IMG/VR virus record: IMGVR_UViG_3300043570_000998
Span: 1-64,000 of that record
DNA: 64,000 bases
Strand: one strand, 5' to 3'
From: a virus
Program-made: the position numbers and the translations under genes
Notes under the pieces: generated by a model
The model's database searches: none
What the model was told of the DNA's origin: nothing
The model's input: the letters and a program-made list of their open reading frames with translations, nothing else
Shown here: piece by piece, positions 29,348 to 39,067 of the stretch
Layout of the letters: each line of letters starts with the position of its first letter
Numbering within the stretch: the stretch's first letter is position 1

Positions 29348-32300
29348 TGTATAACAATGCATCACTAAACACTCATTTAAAAAGTCAATCGGTTATTGAG
29401 TCTCAGGCAGGTATTTATGCAGAAATAAATATGAACTCTGCAGAAAATATTAAAGTTATTGGAAACTATCGCAACAGACCAGTAGTTCCTGAGACTATTA
29501 AAAGTACTTTTGTAGAAGAAACAGCCTCAACTCCAGCAGTGGATGCAAAATATTTTGGCTATACCGACTCAGACGTTGTTGTTGATGGAGCGTCAGTTTC
29601 TGATGCTAACGTACCGCTTGCTTACGCATCAATTGATGAAAAGAAAAACTTGTTATTTTCTCTTGAGGATTGTTTTGGTCGTTTTCGTCCACGATCTGGA
29701 ATCAATAAAGCAGTATTTTATGGTGGTGTTGGTGGACACTATCTTCATCACACAAATCAGTTTATGATGAATCGTCCACGATATTATATGCCAAGTAAAA
29801 ACGATCCATTTAAATACTGGACATCTTTTAGAAAAGAAGCAGTAACGTCTGGAACATCAACAGTTGAGGTTGAACGAGGAATTTCAAATAAACTTAAAGC
29901 AGGAACATCTGAATGGTATATTGATGATGTTGCACCATTTATTGTTTATAAAGAAACAATACCAGTAAATAGAATCATTCTTAAAATGCAAACTCACGTT
30001 GGTACAGTTGATCTTGGTGCTAAATATGACGGTGTAAGTTTAGTAACAGATCCACTTTATGATATAGAAAATACTGCAACAAATAGATCAGTTCCAATTG
30101 GATGGAAAATTGAATACCTTGACGGAGCAGACAGTACTTGGAAAACAGCAAAAGCCTTTACCAGTGCAAACACACCAATTCCAAGAGACGGATATCTTGA
30201 GCTTCAATATCAATCAGGAGTTTGGTCTGTGGCAACAACAGAGACAACCTCCTCAACACCATTCTTTACGGAATTTAGTAATAGCTCTTCCTCACAAATA
30301 ATGTATATTAAGGGTCTAAGAGTGGTTGTAGACACAATGAATAAAAAAGACGCAACCTTTGATCTTATTGAATTATCTCCAAGACTATCAATGGACATAA
30401 CTGATCTTACAGTAGACTATAACATTAGCAAAATTGCTTCAGATCTTGGTGTAAGCGGAATGCCAGTTGGTCAACTGCTCGCCTCAACAGGATCAATTAC
30501 TATAGCTGACTATGACCAGGTATTAAATTTAAACAATACTGCTAGTGTTATTGCAAAGTATGTTAAGCGTAATGTACAAATTAAGTTCTTTGAGATTATT
30601 GAAAAAGTTCCAGTAACAGTAGAAGGAACTACAACACTGCAATCTTTTTATGTTCCGTTAAAAACATTATATGTAGAATCATTTCCAGAAATTAAAAATG
30701 AAACTCGTATGGCAAGTCTTCAACTTAGAGACCTATACGTATATCTAGAGTCATTGACAGCCCCAGAACTTTTAATTACAAATACATCACTTAGCTATGC
30801 CCTTGCTATGATATTTGACTCAATAGGTTTTTCAAATTATCTTTATTTAAAATCTGACAGTGACAAAGAACCAATTATTCCAAACTTCTTTGTTGCTCCA
30901 AATACAACTGTGGCACAAGTATTACAAAGCCTGGCAATTGCAACACAAACGTCTATGTTCTTTGACGAGGATAACAACTTTGTCTTTATGAGTAAAAGCT
31001 ATATGCTTGCAAATCCTGGAGACAGACTTGGAGACGCAAATGCTGCATCAGAAATTAACTCAGTTCTATATGGAACAATGGATAGCGAAAAAACTAAGGT
31101 ATATACTAACAAGCCGACTACAGCAAACTTAGCAAATATTATTGAAATAAGTAGTAAGAAGGATAACGTATATAATGATGGAAAAATTTCATACAAGTCT
31201 CGTTATATTCAAAAGAGTTATACGGAAACACGACAAGCAAGCCTAATAGATGAAGAAAAAGTCTGGCAGTATAAGCCAGCATTATTATGGGAAGTGGCTC
31301 CAGGAGAAACAACTAAATCCATCAATGAGGAAAAAGCTTCACAGTCTGCATATTCTCTTTCAGCAATACCACTTAACTCTACACTAACAAGCACAGCTCC
31401 CACAGTTACTGGCGGTGTTGTTATAAATAATACAATGGATCTTGGAGAAGGTATTTATTGGATTAGTAGATACAACGGTTACTTTTATGCTAACAGTGAG
31501 ATCATTCGTTATGATGCGGTAGAATATAGTATTCCCCAGCCATCACAAACTGACATTCTTGAAACTACCGCAAATCTTGCTGCTGGAAATGTTGTTACTG
31601 TAGCAAGTACTGCAACTCTTCAGGTTGGTCAAAAACTTTCTAAAATATCTGGTGATGGTGCATTCGGTGCAGGAGCAAAAGTTGCCAGTATTACAAATGC
31701 AACATCGTTTATAACAACAGTAAGTCATTCAGTAACAGGTGATGGGAAAACAGTTAAATTTGTAGGTCGTTCTGCAATAACAAACTATTGGATTAGCAGT
31801 CAAGAAGAATATCAAAAATACTTTGCAAGAATTCCATTTAATGGAAAGATGTACCCTACTGGTCGTGTAAGAATTTATTCAGAACCAAACTATACAGATG
31901 ATACTACTTTAGCAGAAGGTGCTGTTGCTCGTCACGGACGAGGACAGTTTGGATCTACTATTTCAGAGCATAGAGTTGGGCTTCCATCGTGGGTTACAGA
32001 TAATACTGGCACAACTATTGCTGGGTGTGAAATGAGATCAGAACTACTTTTTAATGATAAGGTAACAACATCTTTTAAGATTTCTACGCTTACAGCTCAG
32101 CCGACTGGACCAACAGCAAAAGTTCACGTTGACTCTGCCTATAGAAAATATTTAAGGGTTGGTCAGAGTGTATCTGGAACTGGTATCCCCTCTGGTGCAA
32201 AAATTTCTGTAATTATTGCTCAAGGTTTTAAAATGAATAAGAATAGAACATCAGCTCCCAGAAATGTAAACTTAACTATATCTGGCATAAACGTATATGA

Positions 32301-34050
32301 TAGTAGCTTAATTACAACAGAGACTGGTAAATCTGGATTTGTTGATACTTCATTAACAAAAGACTCAACAAGCATTGCAAAAAAATCTTCTCGTACATCA
32401 ATCATTCGAAATTTTATGAGCAGTGCTTACTATTCTGAGAACACACTTAATTCTTTAAAATCTACACAGACAGGAACTATTCAATCTTCTGGACTAGTTA
32501 TGACTGGAACAACTTTAGACAAGCCTATGGATTTTATATCTTATGTTCAAAAAGATTTAAATGATAAAATGTATACCCACTTTGGAACTAGGGTAAGAAT
32601 TATTGGTGTTGCAGAAAATAATAGCAGCGTTTATCAAACACCAAGCGGATCTAGCGACTATTATTCACTTACCTCTACAGATGGAACAAACTCTACAACT
32701 ATTAAGGGTGCGTCTGGAGGAATTGGTGTGCTTGTAAATAGGAATTATAATAGTGGTTATTTCTTTGAAATAGCTGCACTATCAGTTAACAACACAGAAG
32801 CATATGGCGATACAAATGATTTATTTAATGTTGTTTTTTATAAAACTAAAAAAGAAACTGGCTCAACAGATATAGCTAAATCTATTCCAATTAAACTTTG
32901 GACAGGAAGAACAAACATCCTAGTAGATGATGGAAGATTTACTGGTCAGTATAGGGTAAGTGGTGAAACAAATCCAACAGTCTACGACCTTGCGGTAGAG
33001 TATGAAGTATTAAAAGATGGAGCTTTACACTTTTATCTTTACATTAATAATAGAATGGTTGGATCAGTTATTGATACAGATCCAATTCCAGCAACACATA
33101 GACAAAATAACTTATCACTATTTGTTCGTGGTAGCTCAAAACTAATTTTTGAAAATGCCTATGCGTTAAAGCCAAATGAATCAGCTAACTATGTTAATGC
33201 TTCAGAGGCAGTTCTTAATGGTGCATCAAGTATAAATAAAGAATATGAAGTAGATGATGCATTTAGAAGATATGCCCTACCAGAAGCAATCCAGAATACG
33301 TATTTGTCAAAGTTGAGTCCAATAGGACCTAGAGGAAATGATCTGTACTTTGAAGAGTTTGGAACAATTATGCGTGAGTGTGCATATTTTGATATTAAAT
33401 ATGATAAGGCATACCCCACTCTATATGCAAAGATTGCACCTACGTTTAATAAACTAAGGGGGTATGCAGTTTCTGGATTTGTTGCAGGTGCATATGGTGC
33501 AGAATTCCTTATATTTAATACAACAGATAAAGCTATTAGCCTAGATAGTTCGAGTGGTAATTACTTAAGAATTCTTGGCGTAACGTTTACCCAGGAATCA
33601 ACGCACGATTACTCAGTTGACGAATACTTTCAACAGAAAGCAGATCTTTCAGATCCTGCTATGTATAAAAATACTGTAACAAATCAACCACTAACAAACA
33701 AGCGTAACTATTTATCAATTAAAAATAGTAGAATGACATATGGTAATAATGAGTTTAATATTTCTTCAGACTATATTCAAAGTCAAGATGCCGCAGAAGA
33801 CCTGATGGGATGGATGATTTCTAAAATTATGCAACCAAGAATTTCTGCTGGTATATCTATATTCCCAAATCCAGCATTACAGCTTGGAGACATTGTTACA
33901 ATTAATTATAAGACTGGCAATACCCTTATCGATGAAATTGCAGGAACGTCTTCACGTTTTGTAATCTATAACATTGAATATTCAAGAAACTCATCTGGTC
34001 CAACTATGACAATATATGTTAGTCAGATTGCTTCGGAGGTGGCGGCATAA
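29347..34050 (+). CDS. Large tail tip / baseplate hub protein
   Basis: C-terminal YIQSQDAA..L..W and P.LQLGDIVTI motifs; start ATG29347 coupled by TAATG. Confidence 0.7.
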   Translation: MYNNASLNTHLKSQSVIESQAGIYAEINMNSAENIKVIGNYRNRPVVPETIKSTFVEETASTPAVDAKYFGYTDSDVVVDGASVSDANVPLAYASIDEKKNLLFSLEDCFGRFRPRSGINKAVFYGGVGGHYLHHTNQFMMNRPRYYMPSKNDPFKYWTSFRKEAVTSGTSTVEVERGISNKLKAGTSEWYIDDVAPFIVYKETIPVNRIILKMQTHVGTVDLGAKYDGVSLVTDPLYDIENTATNRSVPIGWKIEYLDGADSTWKTAKAFTSANTPIPRDGYLELQYQSGVWSVATTETTSSTPFFTEFSNSSSSQIMYIKGLRVVVDTMNKKDATFDLIELSPRLSMDITDLTVDYNISKIASDLGVSGMPVGQLLASTGSITIADYDQVLNLNNTASVIAKYVKRNVQIKFFEIIEKVPVTVEGTTTLQSFYVPLKTLYVESFPEIKNETRMASLQLRDLYVYLESLTAPELLITNTSLSYALAMIFDSIGFSNYLYLKSDSDKEPIIPNFFVAPNTTVAQVLQSLAIATQTSMFFDEDNNFVFMSKSYMLANPGDRLGDANAASEINSVLYGTMDSEKTKVYTNKPTTANLANIIEISSKKDNVYNDGKISYKSRYIQKSYTETRQASLIDEEKVWQYKPALLWEVAPGETTKSINEEKASQSAYSLSAIPLNSTLTSTAPTVTGGVVINNTMDLGEGIYWISRYNGYFYANSEIIRYDAVEYSIPQPSQTDILETTANLAAGNVVTVASTATLQVGQKLSKISGDGAFGAGAKVASITNATSFITTVSHSVTGDGKTVKFVGRSAITNYWISSQEEYQKYFARIPFNGKMYPTGRVRIYSEPNYTDDTTLAEGAVARHGRGQFGSTISEHRVGLPSWVTDNTGTTIAGCEMRSELLFNDKVTTSFKISTLTAQPTGPTAKVHVDSAYRKYLRVGQSVSGTGIPSGAKISVIIAQGFKMNKNRTSAPRNVNLTISGINVYDSSLITTETGKSGFVDTSLTKDSTSIAKKSSRTSIIRNFMSSAYYSENTLNSLKSTQTGTIQSSGLVMTGTTLDKPMDFISYVQKDLNDKMYTHFGTRVRIIGVAENNSSVYQTPSGSSDYYSLTSTDGTNSTTIKGASGGIGVLVNRNYNSGYFFEIAALSVNNTEAYGDTNDLFNVVFYKTKKETGSTDIAKSIPIKLWTGRTNILVDDGRFTGQYRVSGETNPTVYDLAVEYEVLKDGALHFYLYINNRMVGSVIDTDPIPATHRQNNLSLFVRGSSKLIFENAYALKPNESANYVNASEAVLNGASSINKEYEVDDAFRRYALPEAIQNTYLSKLSPIGPRGNDLYFEEFGTIMRECAYFDIKYDKAYPTLYAKIAPTFNKLRGYAVSGFVAGAYGAEFLIFNTTDKAISLDSSSGNYLRILGVTFTQESTHDYSVDEYFQQKADLSDPAMYKNTVTNQPLTNKRNYLSIKNSRMTYGNNEFNISSDYIQSQDAAEDLMGWMISKIMQPRISAGISIFPNPALQLGDIVTINYKTGNTLIDEIAGTSSRFVIYNIEYSRNSSGPTMTIYVSQIASEVAA

Positions 34051-34532
34051 TGGTAGAAGCAACAAATCAATTTTTACCAGTACCAATTTATGTAACAAAT
34101 AAAGCTGGAACAAAAACAGCAACACCAGACCTTCTTATTACTGAAGATCAAATATCAATTGATACAATGGCTGATTATATTTTTCCAATGATTGGTGGAC
34201 AAGAAATTCTTTCGGTATCAAGATCAGATTTAATTAATAGTCCACTAAATAATAACTATACCCCAATGCTTGATGCAGGTAGTGCCTTTACAAATGAACT
34301 TCCAATTAGATTTATTGACGCATCTCCAAATATTTTTAATACATACCTTATTAATCTTAATGACCACATTCCGCAGGGTACAACATTAAATCCGATAAGC
34401 CCAGTAGAGTCCGACACAACAAATGGAACAATAAGCATTAGCCTAAAGAATCTTAGACCAAACTACCGCACTGAGGTAGAAATTGTAAAAGATGGCAGTA
34501 TCGTTAGTGGTACAATAGAAGGAGGAGTTTAA
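34050..34532 (+). CDS. Minor tail protein (putative)
   Basis: Coupled gene in tail-tip cluster. Confidence 0.5.
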   Translation: MVEATNQFLPVPIYVTNKAGTKTATPDLLITEDQISIDTMADYIFPMIGGQEILSVSRSDLINSPLNNNYTPMLDAGSAFTNELPIRFIDASPNIFNTYLINLNDHIPQGTTLNPISPVESDTTNGTISISLKNLRPNYRTEVEIVKDGSIVSGTIEGGV

Positions 34533-36407
34533 ATGATTACAAATGACGGAAAGTCCATTGTTGGCAAATATTTAATTAACCAAGCACCAGCATACGCTGG
34601 GTTTATTGCTGTTGGTTGTGGGGCAGACCCAAAGCAAACATCTTCATCCAATATTACATCATTTTCTATTTCTGGTAGCACTGTAACAGTTACTGCAACA
34701 AATACCTTTAATGCAAATACGTCAGTCATAGTTTCTATTCCTGGAAATAGGTTTACTACACTAACCAATATTGCATCTGCCAATACAACAAGTTTTACCT
34801 ATGCCTATGGGTCTACGCTACCAGCAATTACCAATGCAGTATCTTCTGCAAATGTTGTAACCTACACAACAGCAACAGCACACGGATTAAGATCTGGAGA
34901 TCGTGTAACTGTAGCAAATATTACAGCAGCATACATTGCAACAAATGCAACAGTTAATGTTATAAATACAACAAGTTTTTCTACATATGTTGCTGCAAGT
35001 GGTACAGCAACTGCAGCAGATGGAGCAGGAGATTTTACTATGGAATTTACTCCACCAACAAACTCTATAGTTATTAAAGATAATGCAGACAAGACAACTC
35101 TTGATTATGAAATGTTTAGAATTCCAATTACTTCAAGAGGGTTTGATTCTGAATCTGCAATTAATAAAGTTATTCTAACTGGAGAACTTCCTACACAGGA
35201 TAGATACTTAATGACAGAAATTGGGGTATTCTCTTCTGGAACTAATCCCACAGCAACAACATCAGATAGCAGAGCAGTATTTACATTTACTGAAGGAGAA
35301 GGCTGGGAACATCACGCAGCAACTTCAGTATTAGTTACAAGTCCAATCCAGTTTCAATCAAATGTATCTGGAACAGTTAATACTGCAAGTACTTTAACAG
35401 CAAGTGAAGATGTATTCACATTGAATTCTACAGACTCAATTTTTGATGCAGATGCACACAAAATATCAAATGCAAAGCCAAGAAATCTTTCTAATTTTAT
35501 TGTAGTTAGGACAGATTTATCACAAATAGATACTGCCAATACACTATGGACTGCAACTGGACAGCCACACATTCACCTAACTAATCAAAGATTTGCTTTT
35601 GATGCCAACTCATCAATCGATCAACTTAAACTTGCGTTTTCTGTAATTAATAGAAATCCACTTTCAGGAGCTAATGCTGCAGTTTCCCCAGATAATCTAT
35701 ATGTTATGGTAGAGTTTTCTAGTTCTGAAAGTGAAACAGATTCTGAAAATCAATATGCAAGAATGCAGCTAACATTAACCTCAACAGATTTTAATAATTC
35801 AACTGGAACAAGATATTTTGTTGCAACTAAAACATTTGGAGAACTTTTAACAAGTGTTGGATTTACGTGGGACTCAGTAAAGGTTGTTAAGATGTATATT
35901 GAGGCAGGAGCAGTATCAACAATAGATAATACAGTTACGTTTAAAGCTTTGTCTGGCACAGGAAACGTAACCGCAAACCTAACTCTTGGAACTCTTTCGC
36001 ACAAGTTTGATGTCGGTGATTTTGTAACAGTATCTGGTGTTGGGTCGCCATTTGATGGAACATTTGTAGTTAATGCTAAGTCCTCAGACGTTAGTAATTC
36101 AGCTAACAATTATATTGTATATACTGTTCCAGCTCAAACAAGTGCTATTGCTAGTACAGCAGTATCTCCTGCTGGAGTAGCATCTTTTCGTGCAAACTAT
36201 TACGTTCTTTTGGACGGTATGAGATTTGAAAATATTTCCGATATGGAAAATAATCCACTTTATGGTATGACTGCTTATTCAACAATTCAAGGTACAAGTA
36301 CATTAGCAGATAATGTGACAAGCACAATTGTTCCAGTAACAAAAGATACCAACACAAACAGTCTTTTGGAGTTTAAGCTAAATCTAGAGCTTAATGCGGA
36401 GGGGTAA
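34533..36407 (+). CDS. Baseplate/tail protein with inserted HG...GD.V.V beta-barrel modules
   Basis: MITN.GK....YL...(F/Y)IAVG.G start; EIGVF motif; RBS GGAGG. Confidence 0.6.
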   Translation: MITNDGKSIVGKYLINQAPAYAGFIAVGCGADPKQTSSSNITSFSISGSTVTVTATNTFNANTSVIVSIPGNRFTTLTNIASANTTSFTYAYGSTLPAITNAVSSANVVTYTTATAHGLRSGDRVTVANITAAYIATNATVNVINTTSFSTYVAASGTATAADGAGDFTMEFTPPTNSIVIKDNADKTTLDYEMFRIPITSRGFDSESAINKVILTGELPTQDRYLMTEIGVFSSGTNPTATTSDSRAVFTFTEGEGWEHHAATSVLVTSPIQFQSNVSGTVNTASTLTASEDVFTLNSTDSIFDADAHKISNAKPRNLSNFIVVRTDLSQIDTANTLWTATGQPHIHLTNQRFAFDANSSIDQLKLAFSVINRNPLSGANAAVSPDNLYVMVEFSSSESETDSENQYARMQLTLTSTDFNNSTGTRYFVATKTFGELLTSVGFTWDSVKVVKMYIEAGAVSTIDNTVTFKALSGTGNVTANLTLGTLSHKFDVGDFVTVSGVGSPFDGTFVVNAKSSDVSNSANNYIVYTVPAQTSAIASTAVSPAGVASFRANYYVLLDGMRFENISDMENNPLYGMTAYSTIQGTSTLADNVTSTIVPVTKDTNTNSLLEFKLNLELNAEG

Positions 36408-37102
36408 TGGCTGAAGATATTAAAAAAAGTTTTATCTTTGCAGATGAACTCCCCTTAGCAGGACCAGGAAATACTCACAGCTTAAGATATAGAATTGTTT
36501 CTGACGACGGACTTCAGATTTCTGCTTGGTCCCCAACCTATACAGTAGCAGGGCAAACATTTTCTAGCTTAACAGGAAGTCTTGTTGCTGCAAGTACTAC
36601 AACTTTTCAGGGTACGTGGGACGATGAATTTAACAGACCACTCTATGACGTATTTGTTGCATTTGGTATTCCAGTAACATATAGATCATTAACAAACAAT
36701 ATTTGTACAATCATTACATCTACAGCACACGGATTTGTTGTAGGAGATATGGTAAATGTTGCAGGTACTGGGTCTACAAGTATTAATAAAACAGATGCAG
36801 TAATTACATCTGTACCAAACACAATAGCAATTCAATATGCAAATACTGCTGCTAATGTTGCTAACGCTGCAGCAACAGCTGGAGCATCTGTTCACGGATC
36901 AGATTCAGGAACATTGGCTCAATCAAACTATGTATATCACGGAAGTCCATCTGTACATTCATACTCCTTCCTTGCTGGACCAGATGTGGCAAATTCATCA
37001 TATTATACTAGTGCTCAATTAGTTGTTCAGGTTGCAGGAATTAATAAAGAACTTGATAGTACATTGCAAATTTTTAAGTCAGCACGAGTCAATAAAGCCT
37101 AA
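36407..37102 (+). CDS. Minor tail protein
   Basis: LRYRIVS.D...S.WSP motif; AHGFVVGD module. Confidence 0.55.
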   Translation: MAEDIKKSFIFADELPLAGPGNTHSLRYRIVSDDGLQISAWSPTYTVAGQTFSSLTGSLVAASTTTFQGTWDDEFNRPLYDVFVAFGIPVTYRSLTNNICTIITSTAHGFVVGDMVNVAGTGSTSINKTDAVITSVPNTIAIQYANTAANVANAAATAGASVHGSDSGTLAQSNYVYHGSPSVHSYSFLAGPDVANSSYYTSAQLVVQVAGINKELDSTLQIFKSARVNKA

Positions 37103-37131
37103 CGTCTGATATAATATTTATAGGAGAAAAA

Positions 37132-37569
37132 ATGAAATTACCAGTGCCACAACGAGGACAGCCTCTAGACGTATCATTTGTATACGATATTGTTAACTCA
37201 ATTAATGAGTTATGGAATAGGGTTGCTGTTAATGTATCTGCCTATGCATCATTATGGACTGTAGATGGTAGAAAAAGTGTTAGGGCAACAGAAATTAAAT
37301 TTGTTACTGGACAAATTCCACTGAGCAAGACAGCTATTACTGCAAACTCGTTCCAAGATTTTTCTTATAACTTTGATATTTCTTTTAAATATCCACCAGT
37401 TGTAACAGCAACACCAATTTCAATTGCGTCAGTAACGGATGCATCAAAAGCTTGTTATGCCATTATTACTGAAGTAACACCAAGTGGTGTCAAGGGTGTA
37501 GTTAAATTTGAAATTGCTGGCACAGTATCTATGGCAGTTAACGTTATTGCTGTTGGTGTACCAGTATAA
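37132..37569 (+). CDS. Tail-associated protein with H-type lectin/gp53-like C-terminal fold
   Basis: F...FKYPPVVTAT...VNVIAVG pattern; promoter 37107-37115. Confidence 0.5.
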   Translation: MKLPVPQRGQPLDVSFVYDIVNSINELWNRVAVNVSAYASLWTVDGRKSVRATEIKFVTGQIPLSKTAITANSFQDFSYNFDISFKYPPVVTATPISIASVTDASKACYAIITEVTPSGVKGVVKFEIAGTVSMAVNVIAVGVPV

Positions 37570-38090
37570 TGGACAGGGAGCAGTATAACTCTGCCCCAGT
37601 CATTCCAGGAAGCAAAAAAGTTTGGTTTCTTAATGGTGATCTAGTTCGCATTCATCACTTCAACAGATCAAATGGAATTATGTCTGTCTATAACATTATA
37701 AAAGATCAAATTGAAAGTTGTTTAGTTACAGATTTTAAACGGAATCGTGAAAGAGCCTACACAGTAGGTGAAACAGCAATTCTAGTAAATAGACATAAAA
37801 AATATATGCCAAGCCTTATGAAGCGTGGAGTAATCCCTGAGCCTATGGGGTCTCAAAAGGGCGGAGAGCGTGGCTGGCAGGTTCGATGCTATTACTCAGA
37901 ATCTCAAGTACGCGACATTCGTGATATACTTGCTACCTACCATATTGGTAGACCAAGAAAAGACAAGTTAGTTACTAATGACATTACACCTTCACCACAG
38001 GAACTTACTAGAAGAATGGGTGATGGTATACTTACATATACAAGAACTGAAGACGGCAGGTTTGTCCCTGTGTGGTCAGAGAGTATTTAA
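37569..38090 (+). CDS. MerR-like HTH DNA-binding protein
   Basis: YTVGETA.LVNR....... ..RGVIP.P and R.YSESQV motifs. Confidence 0.6.
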   Translation: MDREQYNSAPVIPGSKKVWFLNGDLVRIHHFNRSNGIMSVYNIIKDQIESCLVTDFKRNRERAYTVGETAILVNRHKKYMPSLMKRGVIPEPMGSQKGGERGWQVRCYYSESQVRDIRDILATYHIGRPRKDKLVTNDITPSPQELTRRMGDGILTYTRTEDGRFVPVWSESI

Positions 38091-38488
38091 TGGATAATTT
38101 CTATGACAAAGTTGATAAAACCGATACTTGCTGGAATTGGTTTGGATCAACAAATGAAAAAGGTTATGGGTTATTTAGATTTAATGGTAAAACATCAAAA
38201 GCACATCGTGTATCTTATATCTTAGCTAACGGATCAATTGATCCTCATCTTGTTATAGATCATTTATGTAAAAATAAAAAGTGTGTTAATCCAGATCATC
38301 TAGACTTAGTTACACAAAAAGAAAATGTTATTCGTGGATTAGCTGGAAAAGTTAATAATCCACAATCGATTAAAACACATTGTCCAAATGGACACGAGTA
38401 TTCTAGAATAGATAAAAATGGATATAGACTATGTGGTAAGTGTAGGTCTATTCAAACAATGAAGTCTAGAAAAAATAAAACACAGTAA
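38090..38488 (+). CDS. HNH homing endonuclease with C-terminal Zn finger
   Basis: CW.W.G....GYG, AHRVSY, DHLC.N..CVNP.HL..VT..EN, KTHCPNGHEY...C..C. Confidence 0.88.
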   Translation: MDNFYDKVDKTDTCWNWFGSTNEKGYGLFRFNGKTSKAHRVSYILANGSIDPHLVIDHLCKNKKCVNPDHLDLVTQKENVIRGLAGKVNNPQSIKTHCPNGHEYSRIDKNGYRLCGKCRSIQTMKSRKNKTQ

Positions 38489-38517
38489 TTGACAAACACT
38501 AATTGCTGTGCTACTAT
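38481..38517 (+). promoter_or_regulatory. Sigma70-type promoter overlapped by inverted repeat
   Basis: TTGACA (38489)-17 nt-TACTAT (38512); CACAGTAATT/AATTGCTGTG inverted repeat. Confidence 0.7.
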
Positions 38518-38549
38518 TAGTAAACAACAACAATCCATAAGGGAGACAA

Positions 38550-38759
38550 ATGGAAAACGAAAACACAAAGATTAACATTGCATTGGGCTACACGCTCAAT
38601 CTTGGTAACTTTCAATCACTCCGCATTGACTTAGGCGTTGAGGATTCACGCCGTGAGGGAGAAACGGTACAACAGGCATTTGACCGTGTGTATGAGTTTG
38701 TAGAAACAAAGCTTGTTGAAAAAATCAACGAGTCAAAAGAAGAGATCGATAGCAAGTAA
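38550..38759 (+). CDS. Hypothetical phage protein
   Basis: GYTLNLGNFQSLRID motif; RBS GGGAG. Confidence 0.65.
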   Translation: MENENTKINIALGYTLNLGNFQSLRIDLGVEDSRREGETVQQAFDRVYEFVETKLVEKINESKEEIDSK

Positions 38760-39067
38760 TGGCTGAACGCAAAGACCGTATGGCTTTGCTCAGTAGATAC
38801 TCTAAACTTTATCTTATAAAGTATGAGGAAAAGCCATTACTAAACTTAAACGTAGAACAGTGGGCTGCAGATGCACTCATTGAGTCATATGGAATATCTA
38901 TGTGCTACGACCTACTAGAGTATTACTTTGATGTAGCAGAGAAGCCAACTTGGAAATATTTTGCACACTACACAGACAACCTAATCTCTGCAAGACAACA
39001 ACAAAAAAATGACATATCAGAAAGAGCAATCCGCCGTGAACAAGCAAGGAAGTGGTTAAGTGAATGA
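38759..39067 (+). CDS. Hypothetical protein upstream of helicase
   Basis: Coupled on both sides. Confidence 0.6.
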   Translation: MAERKDRMALLSRYSKLYLIKYEEKPLLNLNVEQWAADALIESYGISMCYDLLEYYFDVAEKPTWKYFAHYTDNLISARQQQKNDISERAIRREQARKWLSE

